From positions 3,472,001 to 3,536,000 of the forward strand of contig JBNJNM010000011.1 in NCBI GenBank assembly GCA_052426225.1: a stretch of 64,000 nt of DNA, given 5' to 3'. A program made the translations under genes and the position numbers. Shown one piece after another: positions 47,835 to 60,222 of the stretch. Within the stretch, counting starts at the first letter, position 1. Each line of letters starts with the position of its first letter. The notes beneath the pieces were generated by a model. That model had not been told where the DNA came from and ran no database searches. It saw only the letters and a list, made by a program, of their open reading frames with translations. Source of the stretch: Zancudomyces culisetae HAW-14-8 (Eukaryota > Fungi > Kickxellomycota).

Positions 47835-48372
47835 TTATAGGAGCTATATGCATTTATACGAATTTTTTATTTTTTATTATTCTTTTTATTGAAAGATCGG
47901 TTTTATTCTGATGCTAGCCATAAATATATTGATGAATGAAAAAAACAAACTACAGTTCGGTATCTTTTGCTTCCAAAAGATACCAATGAGTTAACAGAGC
48001 AAAAGATGATTTTATTTAAATTTAAAAAATGAGATAAAAATGTATTAAATTCTGTCAGATTAAGATGAAAGATAGTTGGAGAAGGAAGGGAAAGGGCTAA
48101 AGGTAGAAATTTCTAGGCTTGGATATACCCAGGCTCATAAGGATGAGTGCGAGTATATCAAGTTAAGCCTCCTAGCCTCATGAATCCCCAAATGCCTATC
48201 ACTCCACTTTGCTTTCTCGGAATGTTTTAAAATGTATCTACCTGAATCAAATGTGTCTGTGGTGGCGCAAGTATGTCTAAAGTTCTCATAAATAAGACTA
48301 ATAAGATTGGATAGAATTGAGTCGTATACTGGGTCTGTACTGTAAAATAAGACCACAACGACACAGGTTGTA

Positions 48373-49699
48373 CTAATGCTGGTTCAACACAGCCTCGAAG
48401 AACTCCGAGATTGGTTTTTGATGCCAAGTAATACCACTAAATGACTCGAAAAACCCAATATGCCCGCCATATGGAACTAATGCCAGAACCAAGTTGGGGT
48501 TCTCCTTGAAAGATGAAAAGTTAATAGACATAGGAGGGGTAATCGGGTCATCAGCAGTATTGATGCATAGCAATGGAATCGAAACCTTTTCCAAGTAAGG
48601 GTTGCAGCTGGATTTGTCGTAATATTCATAGCAGTCTTTATATCCGAAAGCCTTTGCTGTAACATTGTTGTCAATCTCTTCAAATGTCTTTGACTACATT
48701 AATTATATTAGATAATGTTATTGATGAAGGCAGTGTGGTATAAAATATATAGTATAATTGGGGATGTAAAAAAAAAAAACCCTTATTTCCACTTACTTTT
48801 ATTATTTTCTCATCATCAAACTCGCAATCTCCTGCCGAAATCACATCTTTAAACCTGGCGTAAAACTTCTGCAATGAACCTGTCAAACGAGGAAGATAGA
48901 TGTATTTGTTGAAAAACCTGGGCCTATTAAGTGCTGCTCCAGACACCCTCAAATCGAATGGGTTGCACACAGATACTGCTGCTACGAACGGCACTTTTTC
49001 CCCTTCTTCTCCAATATACTTGACTATAAGATTGGATCCCAAAGAAAATCCTGCACAAACAAACTTTGCCTCTGGGTATCGCTCAACAAGCTTATTTACG
49101 ACCATTTTAAAATCAGCGGTGTGTCCAGCACTATAAAGCCGAGGCGATGTAAGTGGTGTTCTCGCACATCCTCTGTGGTTTACAATAACAACGCGATATG
49201 GATTGGTGCCGCTAGTTAGTTTTTTTACCACAGTTCTGATATAAAACTCATGGCTTCCACCTTGCAGACCAGGTAAGAGAACACACACCGGTGTGTTTGG
49301 CTTCAAATCATTTTTGGAAACTGCCCAGTCAAGGGAAATGGTTCCGCCATCTTCGGCAATAATCAATTCACGCTCATACTTGACATTTGATTCTGGAGTG
49401 ACCTTTACATTCATATATCCACAATATAGCGTCTGAAAATCGCCTGTTGGGAGCATTGGGGAGGGGTGGAAGACAGCAGGACCTTGATTTTTGACGTACA
49501 AGGAAGGACAGCTGGATTTTATGACATCAATCAAGCGGGATTCATTGGAAAATGTTTTTGGTGCGCCAGTTTCTGAATACTCTAACATCACTTCGCATTT
49601 TTCCTTGTTCAAAAATGGGATATATTCAAGAGGATTGGCGTAGCTCAGGGCGGTCCATACCCAGCTTTCGTTGGTTGTATTATCGACTGTAGATGCCAT
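48373..49699 (-). CDS. alpha/beta hydrolase, ABHD1-3/EHT1-EEB1-MGL2 family; intron 48694-48796
   Basis: DGGTISLDW, LPGLQGGS, NHRGC..TPLTSPRLYSAG, GFSLG nucleophile, DDP, YGGHIGF. Confidence 0.9.
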
Positions 49700-50781
49700 A
49701 TTCCCAAGTGCTGTCTATGAATATTTTTGGTTTCGTTGTCTGCTATTTTATCTTTTGCTCTGGTTAAAAGACAGTAAAAATACTAAGAAATGTCAAAAAA
49801 AAAAGTCTTAGAAGCAGAAGAGAAAATTAAGCAGAGGACGGGCTATTTAGAAAAGCACGGTAGTTCCTTTTGATTTTGCATTCGGATTTCCTAGTCTACT
49901 ATTCGTCTTTTGTCCTTGCTTTTTTACACAGAAAAAATATTTTTTTGTCCTGACAGCAAATCAGAATCAACCGCGAATGAACGTGAAATATCCAGGTATC
50001 AGATGGCGACTTATGTCAGTTTCTGACCGACAAATATGAACAGCTGTAGGCAGATGCGCGTAGTAAGCATTAATGCACTCTATGCCACACCACTATCATG
50101 ATACTTTTTCTCATTTGAAAAAAAAAAACAGAGGTATGCTACCATGACGTCTATCGGGGTTACAGTATCAATATCACTGGATGCTTAAGTGTGTAGGACG
50201 AGTAGCTTCCTCCAGTTTGCTGTCCGAATCATTTGTGTTAATAGCACGATCTTATCTTTCCACTTATTCTTATAATTATTTATGCTTCAAGATAGCACTC
50301 AACAGAAAAAAATTGTGAATGTTTTTATTTCACAGGGATTGTTACCAAGATACTGAGCGGGTAGGAGAGGGGGAAGAGAGGGAGAGGCGGGTGGGCTTCT
50401 ATTTCAAATTATGTTGCAGTCTGACCACATTAATCCGATGTATCTTCGATAGACCATGATAAAAACATTATACTATTTGTAGTAAATTGGGCGAGTGGGT
50501 GTGCATTTCTTGTATGTTATTATATCTCACAGTTCTTGCTAAGCTATGTGCTTGTAAAAGGAGCTTTTGTTAGCTCAAGTTGTGCACTTACAATTTCTTG
50601 GAATGGCACCAAGTGCAAAAAAAAAATGCGATTTTTTTCTTTCTCTGACAAACCTAGAGAAAAATCGAAATTGTGGAAAAATAAAAGGCATTAAAATATA
50701 TGGTATTTTTTTTTGTTAGAATACAGATACCAAGATACAAACTTTGGAAGATTTGAGCAATCCAACAAGAACTAAATCGAA

Positions 50782-51805
50782 ATGTCAAATCACGAAGAGA
50801 AGGAAAATTTGGTGATATCCGAGGATCCAATTCATCCAGCAAACTTGATCCCAGAGCTCTGCAAACAATTTTATCACCTGGGTTGGGTTACAGGAACAGG
50901 GTACTTGAACGTTTTTTTTTACTTTTACCTTTTGGTTTAATGGTTTTTTCTAGGTTTTGTAGGCGTAAAGGATACTCAAGAGGTGTATAATATGCCGAAC
51001 TGTCTATTTTACCAAAACATGTTTTATATAAAAGCCACAAGTCATAACAAATGTACCTAACAAAACCGATTTGTAAAATAGTGGTGGACTAAGCATAAAG
51101 CACGGGTAGGTTTATAATCAATACCTTTTTTATCGTCATAGACAACAGGCTTTCTATCTGTATCTTAGGTTTTTTTTAAATTAATGCGGGATATATTCGC
51201 ACCTTTAACAATTTTACAACAAACCCACCAGGTATATACAACACAAATACTCATTTGGCAACCAAAACAATAGGGATCACGTATATATCGCACCTTCGGG
51301 AGTACAAAAGGAAAGAATACGATCACAGGACATGTTTGTGATGTCTAAATCCACAGGAGAAATAATTCGCGCACCAGCACCACCAATCAAGCCATCAGCA
51401 TGCACACCACTGTTTTTCAACGCATTTAATATGAGAAACGCTGGCGCTTGTGTCCATTCACATTCACAAAACGCAGTGCTAGTTACTATGATGTATGGCA
51501 AGGAATTTGTGATTAAAAACCAGGAAATGATTAAAGGAATAGCTAGAGATGGAAAGGGTGTGAACTGGAAATATTACGATACTCTTGTCGTACCAATTAT
51601 TGAAAACACTGCCGAAGAGGAGGATCTGAAGGATTCTATGGCAGCAGCAATAGAGGCGTATCCAGAAACATGTGCTGTTTTAGTTAGAAACCATGGAATC
51701 TATGTATGGGGAGAGACCTGGCAAAAGGCAAAGGCAATGAGTGAAGCCTACGATTATTTGTTTGAGCTGGCAGTCAAAATCAGGGTATACGGGCTTGAAA
51801 AATGA
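50782..51805 (+). CDS. MDE1: methylthioribulose-1-phosphate dehydratase (APIP family); exons 50782-50900, 51082-51105, 51274-51805
   Basis: [57 protein letters not shown]. Confidence 0.95.
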
Positions 51806-52262
51806 TTGACTATGCACTTTTCGATTCGTTTTTTTTTTCTCTGATATTGGCGAATTGTAGAGCTTGTAGTAGTTGATTCGACTCTGAAAGAATAAAGTTA
51901 GTGAAAAAAAATTTTTTTTTGTGCTTAAGGGTCAATACTAAAACTTGCTGGATCTATACCAATCACCATTAAGAAATCCGGACATAAAAAAATTTTTTTT
52001 CAAGTAGTTCTCAGGTTTCTTGTGGCAGAAAAATGCAAAAAAAAATATAAATAGCCTTGAAAATTCAAATACTTTTCAGCTATAATCCTTGGGCGTTTGG
52101 TCTCTTTGATATCTATTCAGCGACGCATTCACTACTTTCTTGCATTATGGGTTCCTGGGCAGCTGGATAGTTTCGTGGCATCGAAAAAGGTAAGGAGTTG
52201 ATTTCATTATTGTTTCTTTTGTGGGCTGGGGATGTGGTTATTTCACCTCAATAGTGTTATAT

Positions 52263-52329
52263 ATGATGATTAAGGCATTTGGCTGTAATGGATTATATGA
52301 AGCGTTTGTTTTTGTATTTTCTATACTGA
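52263..52329 (+). ncRNA. candidate box C/D snoRNA (snR13/U15-type LSU rRNA guide)
   Basis: Box C ATGATGA at 52263; AGGCATTTGGCT complementary to conserved LSU rRNA AGCCAAATGCCT; D'-like CTGT; box D CTGA at 52326; upstream splice donor AG|GTAAGG at 52190. Confidence 0.45.
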
Positions 52330-52697
52330 CGAAGAAAAATTTACAAGCTACCTAATTATTTGTTTTATCTGATTATTTATACTATTGACACTAAACATGT
52401 GCAAGATCATGGAAATTTTATAATATTCACAACTAATCAACATTTGTATATCTTTGTTTAGGTAAACTTCGCTTTATTATGGTTAACTAGTCTCTTGTTT
52501 TGCTCTCGTTTTGCGGATTAGTATTAAATAGCTTCTGTTACTTGTTTTATATTATTGGTTTTTATACGGTATAGCATGGTTAAATAAACAAAAAATTCAG
52601 AAAAAAAAGAAAACGAGTAAATATACACATGTGCTTTGGTTGATTATTCATTGTAGTTATTAAATGCAAAAAGTTGCTATGTATTATCAATTGTTTA

Positions 52698-54721
52698 TCA
52701 AGAACCTGCGAATTTAGCGCCAAAGCGGTTCCACCAAGCTCCAGCGGGTTTTGAAGTCGGTGAAGCAGCTGAGATGGTTTCTGCTCTTGCCCGGGTAAAC
52801 TGCTGAGATCCTGCAAGTGTTTGCTGTGGCTCAGCTTGAGAAGAATGCGAGGAACTTGAGGTACTGTACTCGGAGGCGATGTTGATGCTAGAGCGAGATT
52901 TTGCTGAGCTCTTTTCGGATGCACGCGGTGGAAGATTGGCTGCATGGAGAATACTCAACCTGGCACTGGAACCGAGGTGTGAGTTGCGAGCAGTTGATGG
53001 ATCGTATGGTGTATTCTCATTATCGACTTTAGGGGATTTTGTCGCACCGTTAACACTGGCATTTTTGGATTCTTTTGCACCAAATTTGCCATACAAAATC
53101 GTGGAAAATACACTCTTCCGGTTGTTGTTTCCGGAAACTGAAGTAAGGTTGCGCGGAATAACAGGATCTGGCATGTCAGCTTTTGAACTGACCAGCTCGA
53201 CGCTGCCTGATTGTGAATTTTTTGGATGCTTAACGTCAAAATCGCGATCTAAAATGACTTCAAGTCCTCCGCCGGAGATGCTTAAAACACCCTCCAGAAG
53301 CTTATTTATATACACTGATGTTGCCTTGCTTTCTTCAAGCAACCTGTTTCGCTCTGTTTTTAGTGAGGAAACCTCTTCATTTAGAGCCGCAATCCGATCT
53401 ATCATATCTGCCTTAGTTTCCAGTGGCTGTTCAGTTTGTGTTCCTAATATCTCGGATGCCAGTGTTTGCATCTTTACACCCTGTTTCACCCCAAGGCCGT
53501 CATACATATCTATCGATTCCTCTTTGGAGGCTGTAATGTTGTGGGAATGCTGTGCAGTATCGTGGTTATCAAATTCATAGCTATCGAGATCGCTAAAAAC
53601 CATACCCTTTTTGAAAGCAAAAGATTGCTCTTCATCCTTTTTTCTCACCTTCGTTTCCTTGTTTTCTACACCATTTCCATCATCATTTACTAATGCGTCC
53701 GACATGTCTGTTTTCGAATCTTGTCGTCTCGGAAACGCTGATATTTCGTTCTTATGCTTTCCTGAGATCGCTTGCATTTGCAGTAATGTCTGAAATGATT
53801 CGTTTTCCTCTCGAAGTCCCTCAATAATTTGTCGATGGTCCTCTATTGTCTCGATATATACCTTGTTTTCTCTTCTAAGCATTTTATTATCCCTGTCAAT
53901 TATATCCCTTTCCGCCTTTATCGCCATCAGTTCACGATAAATTTCTTTGTTATCTTTAATGGCTTTCTTCAGTTTTTCAGCTGAGTTATCAGAGTTATCC
54001 ACTTCACCACTATATTTCATCTCTTTTTCTGGTCCCTGGTCACCCTTTGACACCTTTAAATACTCACTCATGTTGAGATTACCTTCATCCTTATATGTTA
54101 GACTTCGTTGCCTTTCTGTGGAAGCGGATACCGTATTTCTTCTCTGTCTTGACACATTTTGCTTTTTTATTTCTTCAACTTGCTCAAGCAGAGTTTGCTC
54201 ACGCTCAACCCATTCGCTCCTGTCCTTTTCCATATATTCTCTTTCCTTCTTTAGTTCTCTTTCCAGCATCTTTGATTTTGTTTCCAGATCCTTCTTTATC
54301 TCTTTGAGAATCGTATTTTCCTTATCTACTTCAAACAGTTGCATCTCCATAATCTTCAAATCGTTTTGAGCGTCATCCAATCTAACTTCTGCCTTTTTAA
54401 TCATCTAATATATATGTACATACAGATATAAAGGCTACAGTTTATGAATTTCAGTCATAAAAATACATACTCTTCATTTACGGAGCACTTACAGCATGAT
54501 ACTCGTTGTTTTCACTTATCAATCGCTTGTTTTCTGCAATCAACCTATCTATTGTTCTTGTATCCTACGTAATTATTGTATTTTTAGTTTCAAACTTTGT
54601 TAAAAATGATACAGTTATAGATATTTTAATGAGCTTTGATTAGAAAATAGAAAGACAAAAACCTTACATTTGGTGAGTGTGAGAACTCGTAGTCCTCTTC
54701 CCGTCTCGCTTTATAATCCAT
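52698..54721 (-). CDS. coiled-coil protein of unknown function; exons 54721-54668, 54564-54493, 54404-52698
   Basis: Long heptad-rich segments; two phase-0 GT-AG introns extend the ORF to ATG 54721; YINKLL motif. Confidence 0.8.
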
Positions 54722-56373
54722 GATGTATCATTATCCTTTGTTTCCTTTCTACCTTTTCTTCACCCAGTCTTTCTCCCTTCCTTCCTTTCTCTTATTTTAA
54801 TTACTTCCTGTGTATCTTCAAAAAAAAAATTATTAGGATGTTAGAGTGAATATGCCGTTTTATGATGATACTATCTGCTTATTGAATAATTCGTACCAAA
54901 CCCGTTCCTTTTTTGTGGGTTTACAGAATCTAGTTTCGCAACTGTACTAGTGCGCAAATATACACTCACCTTTGTCTCTTTATACCAAAGAAAGGATACT
55001 CTGCTATGCATAAAATACTGGTTCGTAAACAACGTGTACCCAACCTTTTCTAAACTATTCTTCTAGCTAATATAACCTTGCTTATGAGGCCATACACAGT
55101 TATTACGCTGTTTATAAGTTTATTCTTCGCCTTTTTACTCTAGTTTTCTTTTTTTAAAAAAAAAAGCCAAATATCGAATATTGTCTGTGGTTCCGGATTG
55201 ACGTCAAGACCCTAGCTACTTTATGTCAATATCACGTATCACTGTACTCTTAGTATTTACTATTATTGAATATGACATGTATAAGACTGTTGTCGTGTCA
55301 TTAAATAATTGCGAGTTATTTTGTTAGACAAAGTCTTTTTGGCAGAAAAGAAATTATAGTTCAAGTTTTGTATAATACATTTTTTCAATTCGCACATCTT
55401 TTTTTTTTCGATTCGCATTTTGCAGCTTTCACCACTTGGTCCAAAAAAAATGATGCATATTAGTTATAAATTCCCAAGAATTATTTAACATAGCCTCATT
55501 CCACTCTTATAACCAAAACACCTGTAATGAAAAGTTTTTTTTTTTGACACTACACTGATATTACTGGAAATGTATGTGAAATTACAAGTGAATTTTTTTT
55601 ATAGGCCACAATAATTGTTAAGCTCAAATATCTGCTCCTAGTTAATAAAATACTGCTTACAAAAAATACCCATTCATATTTCATATAACTGGGTTCTGGC
55701 GAGCCTATCGCAAAAGTCATCATTGTTTTTGTTTTCTTGCAACTTCCATTTCCACGCAAACTTTACTTTTTTGTGAGTACATCTGGATCCAACCTCAAGG
55801 TTGCCCCTAGTTCCTGTCCATAGACACATCATATCAACGATACCTACCCCAGGTAGAATTCCCAAGTCTTAATTTGTTTTAAACCTACCCAATATAATCT
55901 ATATTTTTTATACAACTACTGAGGTATAGGCTTCAAGGCATATTTTTCGTTCAGTTTTACACTTTCAGTGACGTTCTTACTTTTGAGTCGTATAGGTATA
56001 TTAAAACTACCACAGCTTTAACTCTCACCAACTTGGGGTCTAGCAACCAAAAAAAAAACACCACCTTAAACCTCCAAGTACAACATTTGAAAACATTTTT
56101 TCTCCACACCTTTCTTATGAGTGAAAGCACTACAAAAACACCAAAAAAAATTTTTTTGTGGTAGGTCCATTTATTGCTAGCAGCTGACACCTACTGCCTA
56201 TACATCAAATGACCAAATACGTTTCTTTATTAACCGTTTCTCTTGCTTGGTATCAGGTACCTTTATTAAAAGTCGATGTAATATATGGAATGCAAACCAT
56301 TAATTGGTATAGCATACACTCACATCTAAACAGTGAAGAGCTACCATAGATCATTAGTTACTGGTGAATGTGC

Positions 56374-57492
56374 TTATTTTTTTTTTGACTTTAGTGCTGC
56401 AAATGCCTGTTTAAGCTTTAGCTGAACTTCGTCTCTCATTACATTATCCACAAAGTGCTCTACCTCGGATTTCGAGACCTGATCAAATCTTTCTACAAAC
56501 TTTGCTCTGGAATTTAGAACAGTTGTGCTCTGCGCAAACTCAGGTAAAAGTGCTCGCTTTGAAATGGTCTTTATACATCCCTCCATCAACTGTTCCTTGT
56601 CTTCGAATGTCTTATCAATAATCCCATACCCATGAGCCTCTCGTGAATTAATAATTACACCATCAGACACTAGTTTCTCGACGTTTCTCAGTGAACATGT
56701 TTGGGCAAGAAGTTCACACGCCCATATTGGCAAAGGCAGACCTATTTGAACCTCGTTTAACCCATATTTGTAATCACCATCCAACATGTATCGGTGAGTG
56801 CATGCTATATGAGTATCCAAAAAATAGGCAGCGTTAAGAATAACTTTATATGAAACTCAGGCTTGAAAATTCAAATAGAAAAAGGATTCTAGTGATAGAA
56901 TCGAGCGTGATAATCTAGATATGATATATATTAACTTACCCAGTGTTAATATGGCACCCAGAGCCAGTGCATGTCCATCGATAGCTGCTACAGTGATTAG
57001 TCTACTTGTATACAGCATTCTGGTAATCTCTGTCAATCGCCGAAAGTTCTCCTTAATGTGGTCCTTTCCTTTCACAAACGAAGTCAGCTCAAACCCCGCG
57101 CTAAAAAAGCCTGGTGTCGAAGAGGTGAGTATAAGTCCTCGAACATCCTTATCTTCTTCAAGCTCCTTCAACTTTTGTTTTAGGGCTTCTAGCTGCGGTG
57201 CGTCAAATGTGTTTGCGGGGGGATTTGTCATACTCAAGATTGCAATTTTACTGTTTTTGTTCAATTGTGCGAATCTTGGGTTGTTGAAATCTATACCTGT
57301 GAATGTCGGTTTATATTCAATTTTTAGCGAATTGCTGGAATTGTTTTGCACATCTTGTGAGGTAGTAAAAGTTCTTGCGGTGGATGATGCTGAAAATGAT
57401 CCCAATGTACTTTTGAGCGTGGTAAAACCCAACCTGTCGAACCTTGCTGTGGCTGGTCGTGCCCTGGATAATCTTAACAAGTTTATGCTCAT
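56374..57492 (-). CDS. mitochondrial enoyl-CoA delta isomerase (crotonase family); intron 56805-56939
   Basis: Presequence; PPANTF, FFSAGFEL, AAIDGHALALG..L.LACTHRYM, GLNEVQIGL. Confidence 0.88.
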
Positions 57493-60222
57493 ATTGATAG
57501 AAAATAACTTCCTATTTTATCGTTATTATATATTGAATGGGTGGGTTATTTACTAATGTAAATATAATAAATGGGCTCGTTGTGAATAAGATATACACCA
57601 GCATGTGCTTATCAGCGCATTTTTCTCCATTGGCTATACTCTGCCTTGACTGTCCCCCTTTAGTTGGCTTCAAGTTTCAGATGCTAGCATTCAGGGGTTT
57701 GATAATTGAAACAGCAAAAAATCCGTCCACTCTTATTCCCGCTTTTGTTGGTCTGGTAGAAATAGCTTGAAAGAAAAGTTCAAGCTATGTGTGTGTATGT
57801 ATGGTGTTCGAAAGAATAAAGCATGAATGTGCCTATCAAACCATTGAAAAAAGCAAACACCAGGTTATGTGTTTATTGTTATTCTAATATTCATCTGTTG
57901 GGAGTTTTTCCCTACCAACGTAGCTGTTGGTGATTCTTGTTTACACACACCTTTATCTTTAATACATATAATTATGGATGTACTGTATTCAAGATCAGGC
58001 TGTGAGTGTTCTTTTTACTTACAAGACAAATGTATGGTATCTTGCTAGTGGTTTTAATTCAATAATAACGATGTAACCTTTTTATAGTTGATGCAGTACA
58101 CAGAGTAAGAGACACTATATATGTAGTTTGTAAACTATTTCTGCTAGACTCAAAGAAATACTACCAGTAAGGACCAGCTATCATATAATTAAATAATATA
58201 TAAACAAACGCCGGCCTGGATATAGTTTTTTAAATTCAGTCTAATGGCAATTTTCCACTGTATTGTTACCTTAGTTACCCCAGAAAACAAAGTACATAGA
58301 GAAATACCAAAACTGTACTAATTTTGACCATGCATCTAGCCAAAGCTCTAGAGCCTTATCCATTTCTCTATTTTTTTTGTTTCGCTAACTCTTTCTCAAA
58401 CTTAGAATTAGAGAAAAAAGTCTAATGTGACTGTTCAAATGCTAACAGATATTTTAAACAACAATACGTATTTAATTTGCAAATGCACCAACAATAGTGA
58501 AATTTCAGGACTAAGTTATACTTTAGATAGGCTCCAATCCTGCTTACTATGAATATTGGTAAGGAATAAGCTCAGATATCATTTATGCCAGAAGGGGTAA
58601 AACACATTCAGGATTTCTACACTTATCTCAACTTAAACTTGTGTATAACTGAATCATGATAGTTGTTTATGTTATCATTTCTACGTATTTTTTCAACTTC
58701 AAGTTGACACCTTCCTCTTGGAATATAACCAAGTGTGTTGTTTAAGGTATAAACAAGTCAACTCGATATAATGCTTGATTGTGAAATGTACACTTATAAC
58801 ATCATTGATACATCTAGGAAAGCCCTTTATATTTGGATGGTGTGCAGGTGAGTAGGCTCACTAGAAATGCCTAATTGCTTTATTGTGCACATTTTAATGT
58901 TAGTTAAAGACGAATAATTGATCGATAAGAAAACTAAAAACAAATGCAAACTGGCCTATGGTCTTAAACTATTACGGAACAGGATATTTGACTACAGTTA
59001 TTCAGCGAGTAATATTTGTGTCTGGTATAAAAATTTACCACTTGTTAAAAATCGGTGAAAGTAATAATACAACTATTGCGTAAAATAGTTGGTATTAAAG
59101 TAGCTGGGAAAATTGTTAACTGCAGTAATATCCCCAAAAATAAGAGCCTTTCCGATGTACACGCATATGTGCATTTTTGAAAATGTTTAATGCGGTAGCG
59201 AGTTTGTTGAAATGTATGGGATTTATTATTTACACTTGGTATTTTCCTTTGATTTGAAAACAAAAAAGGCAAGAGTAACAACATTATTTTGAAGAAAATT
59301 AAATAAACGCATACAAACAACGTTTGAAGTGTGTTTCATTAGATTTCCCACAATCCTAAAGTTAAAATGTAGCGGAAATATACTCTGATATCAGATATTT
59401 TAGAACTCTGCGCAAATAAAAAATAAAGCTTAAAAAGCAAAATTCGTGGTTCTAGATAATAATATTTTATGACAGTCCTAATTTCAGAGAATATAACCGT
59501 GGAACATTAATCTGGCTCTACAAAGAACTAGACTGAGTGTGATAAATCCAGTGTTTTGTAACCAATAAAAGTAAATAGGTTCAAATGGTTTGAAAGTAAA
59601 TAAAAAAGCAAATAAAATAATAATTTCGTCAAAATCCAATCAAAAGTTAGTGTGATTCCATACCGGGGTTTGTTTAATTTAACCAAAATTTGTTTTTTTT
59701 GCAAACTATGCAGCATCAAACATTAGGTGATTTAAACTTTTTAATTTTAGTGTAAAACTTTAACTTCCTTAAAGGCGCAAAAGCAAAGAAAAGAAAGGTA
59801 TAATGATATATCGCTTACTGTTTATATAACTTGTGTTTTTTATTTGCTAAAGTGCTAAAAAGATAAAGTATAATAATAAAAAGGTCTATTCGGGACAGAA
59901 TTCAAGCAACACGGTGTTGAGATTTCAGTTATTGACACGTACAGGCCTGTTCACAACTATAAACTAAAAAAAGAGCCTTGGTAATGCCAGTTCTGGTCAG
60001 TGGTCTGGGTGATAAAAGGGAAAAGCATATAGAAAACGCTACAAGGTGGTAGGGAACAACATCTCAAATCGAAAAAGAGGGTTTACTTTAACAAAAACGA
60101 ATTGCGGTACAAAAAAAGAAAGGTGTGGTAAAAAAGGGCATAAAAAGGCTCAATATAAGATTAAACGTTTGAGATACTCTATGCGCGCCTATTGACAGGT
60201 TTAGCTAATACACAACAAGCAA

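Noticed and set aside
35698-51805. Possible sulfur-metabolism cluster (esterase D, UBA4, MDE1)
   Set aside because: Interspersed with unrelated housekeeping genes and belonging to different pathways
55080-55145. GGCCATAC (5S-like start) and CGCCTTTTTAC (U5 loop-like)
   Set aside because: Flanks match neither 5S nor U5 structure; the U5-like loop has an extra T
57537-60200. 2.7-kb gap with small ORFs
   Set aside because: No coding signature, repeat or RNA motif recognised; likely a divergent promoter region
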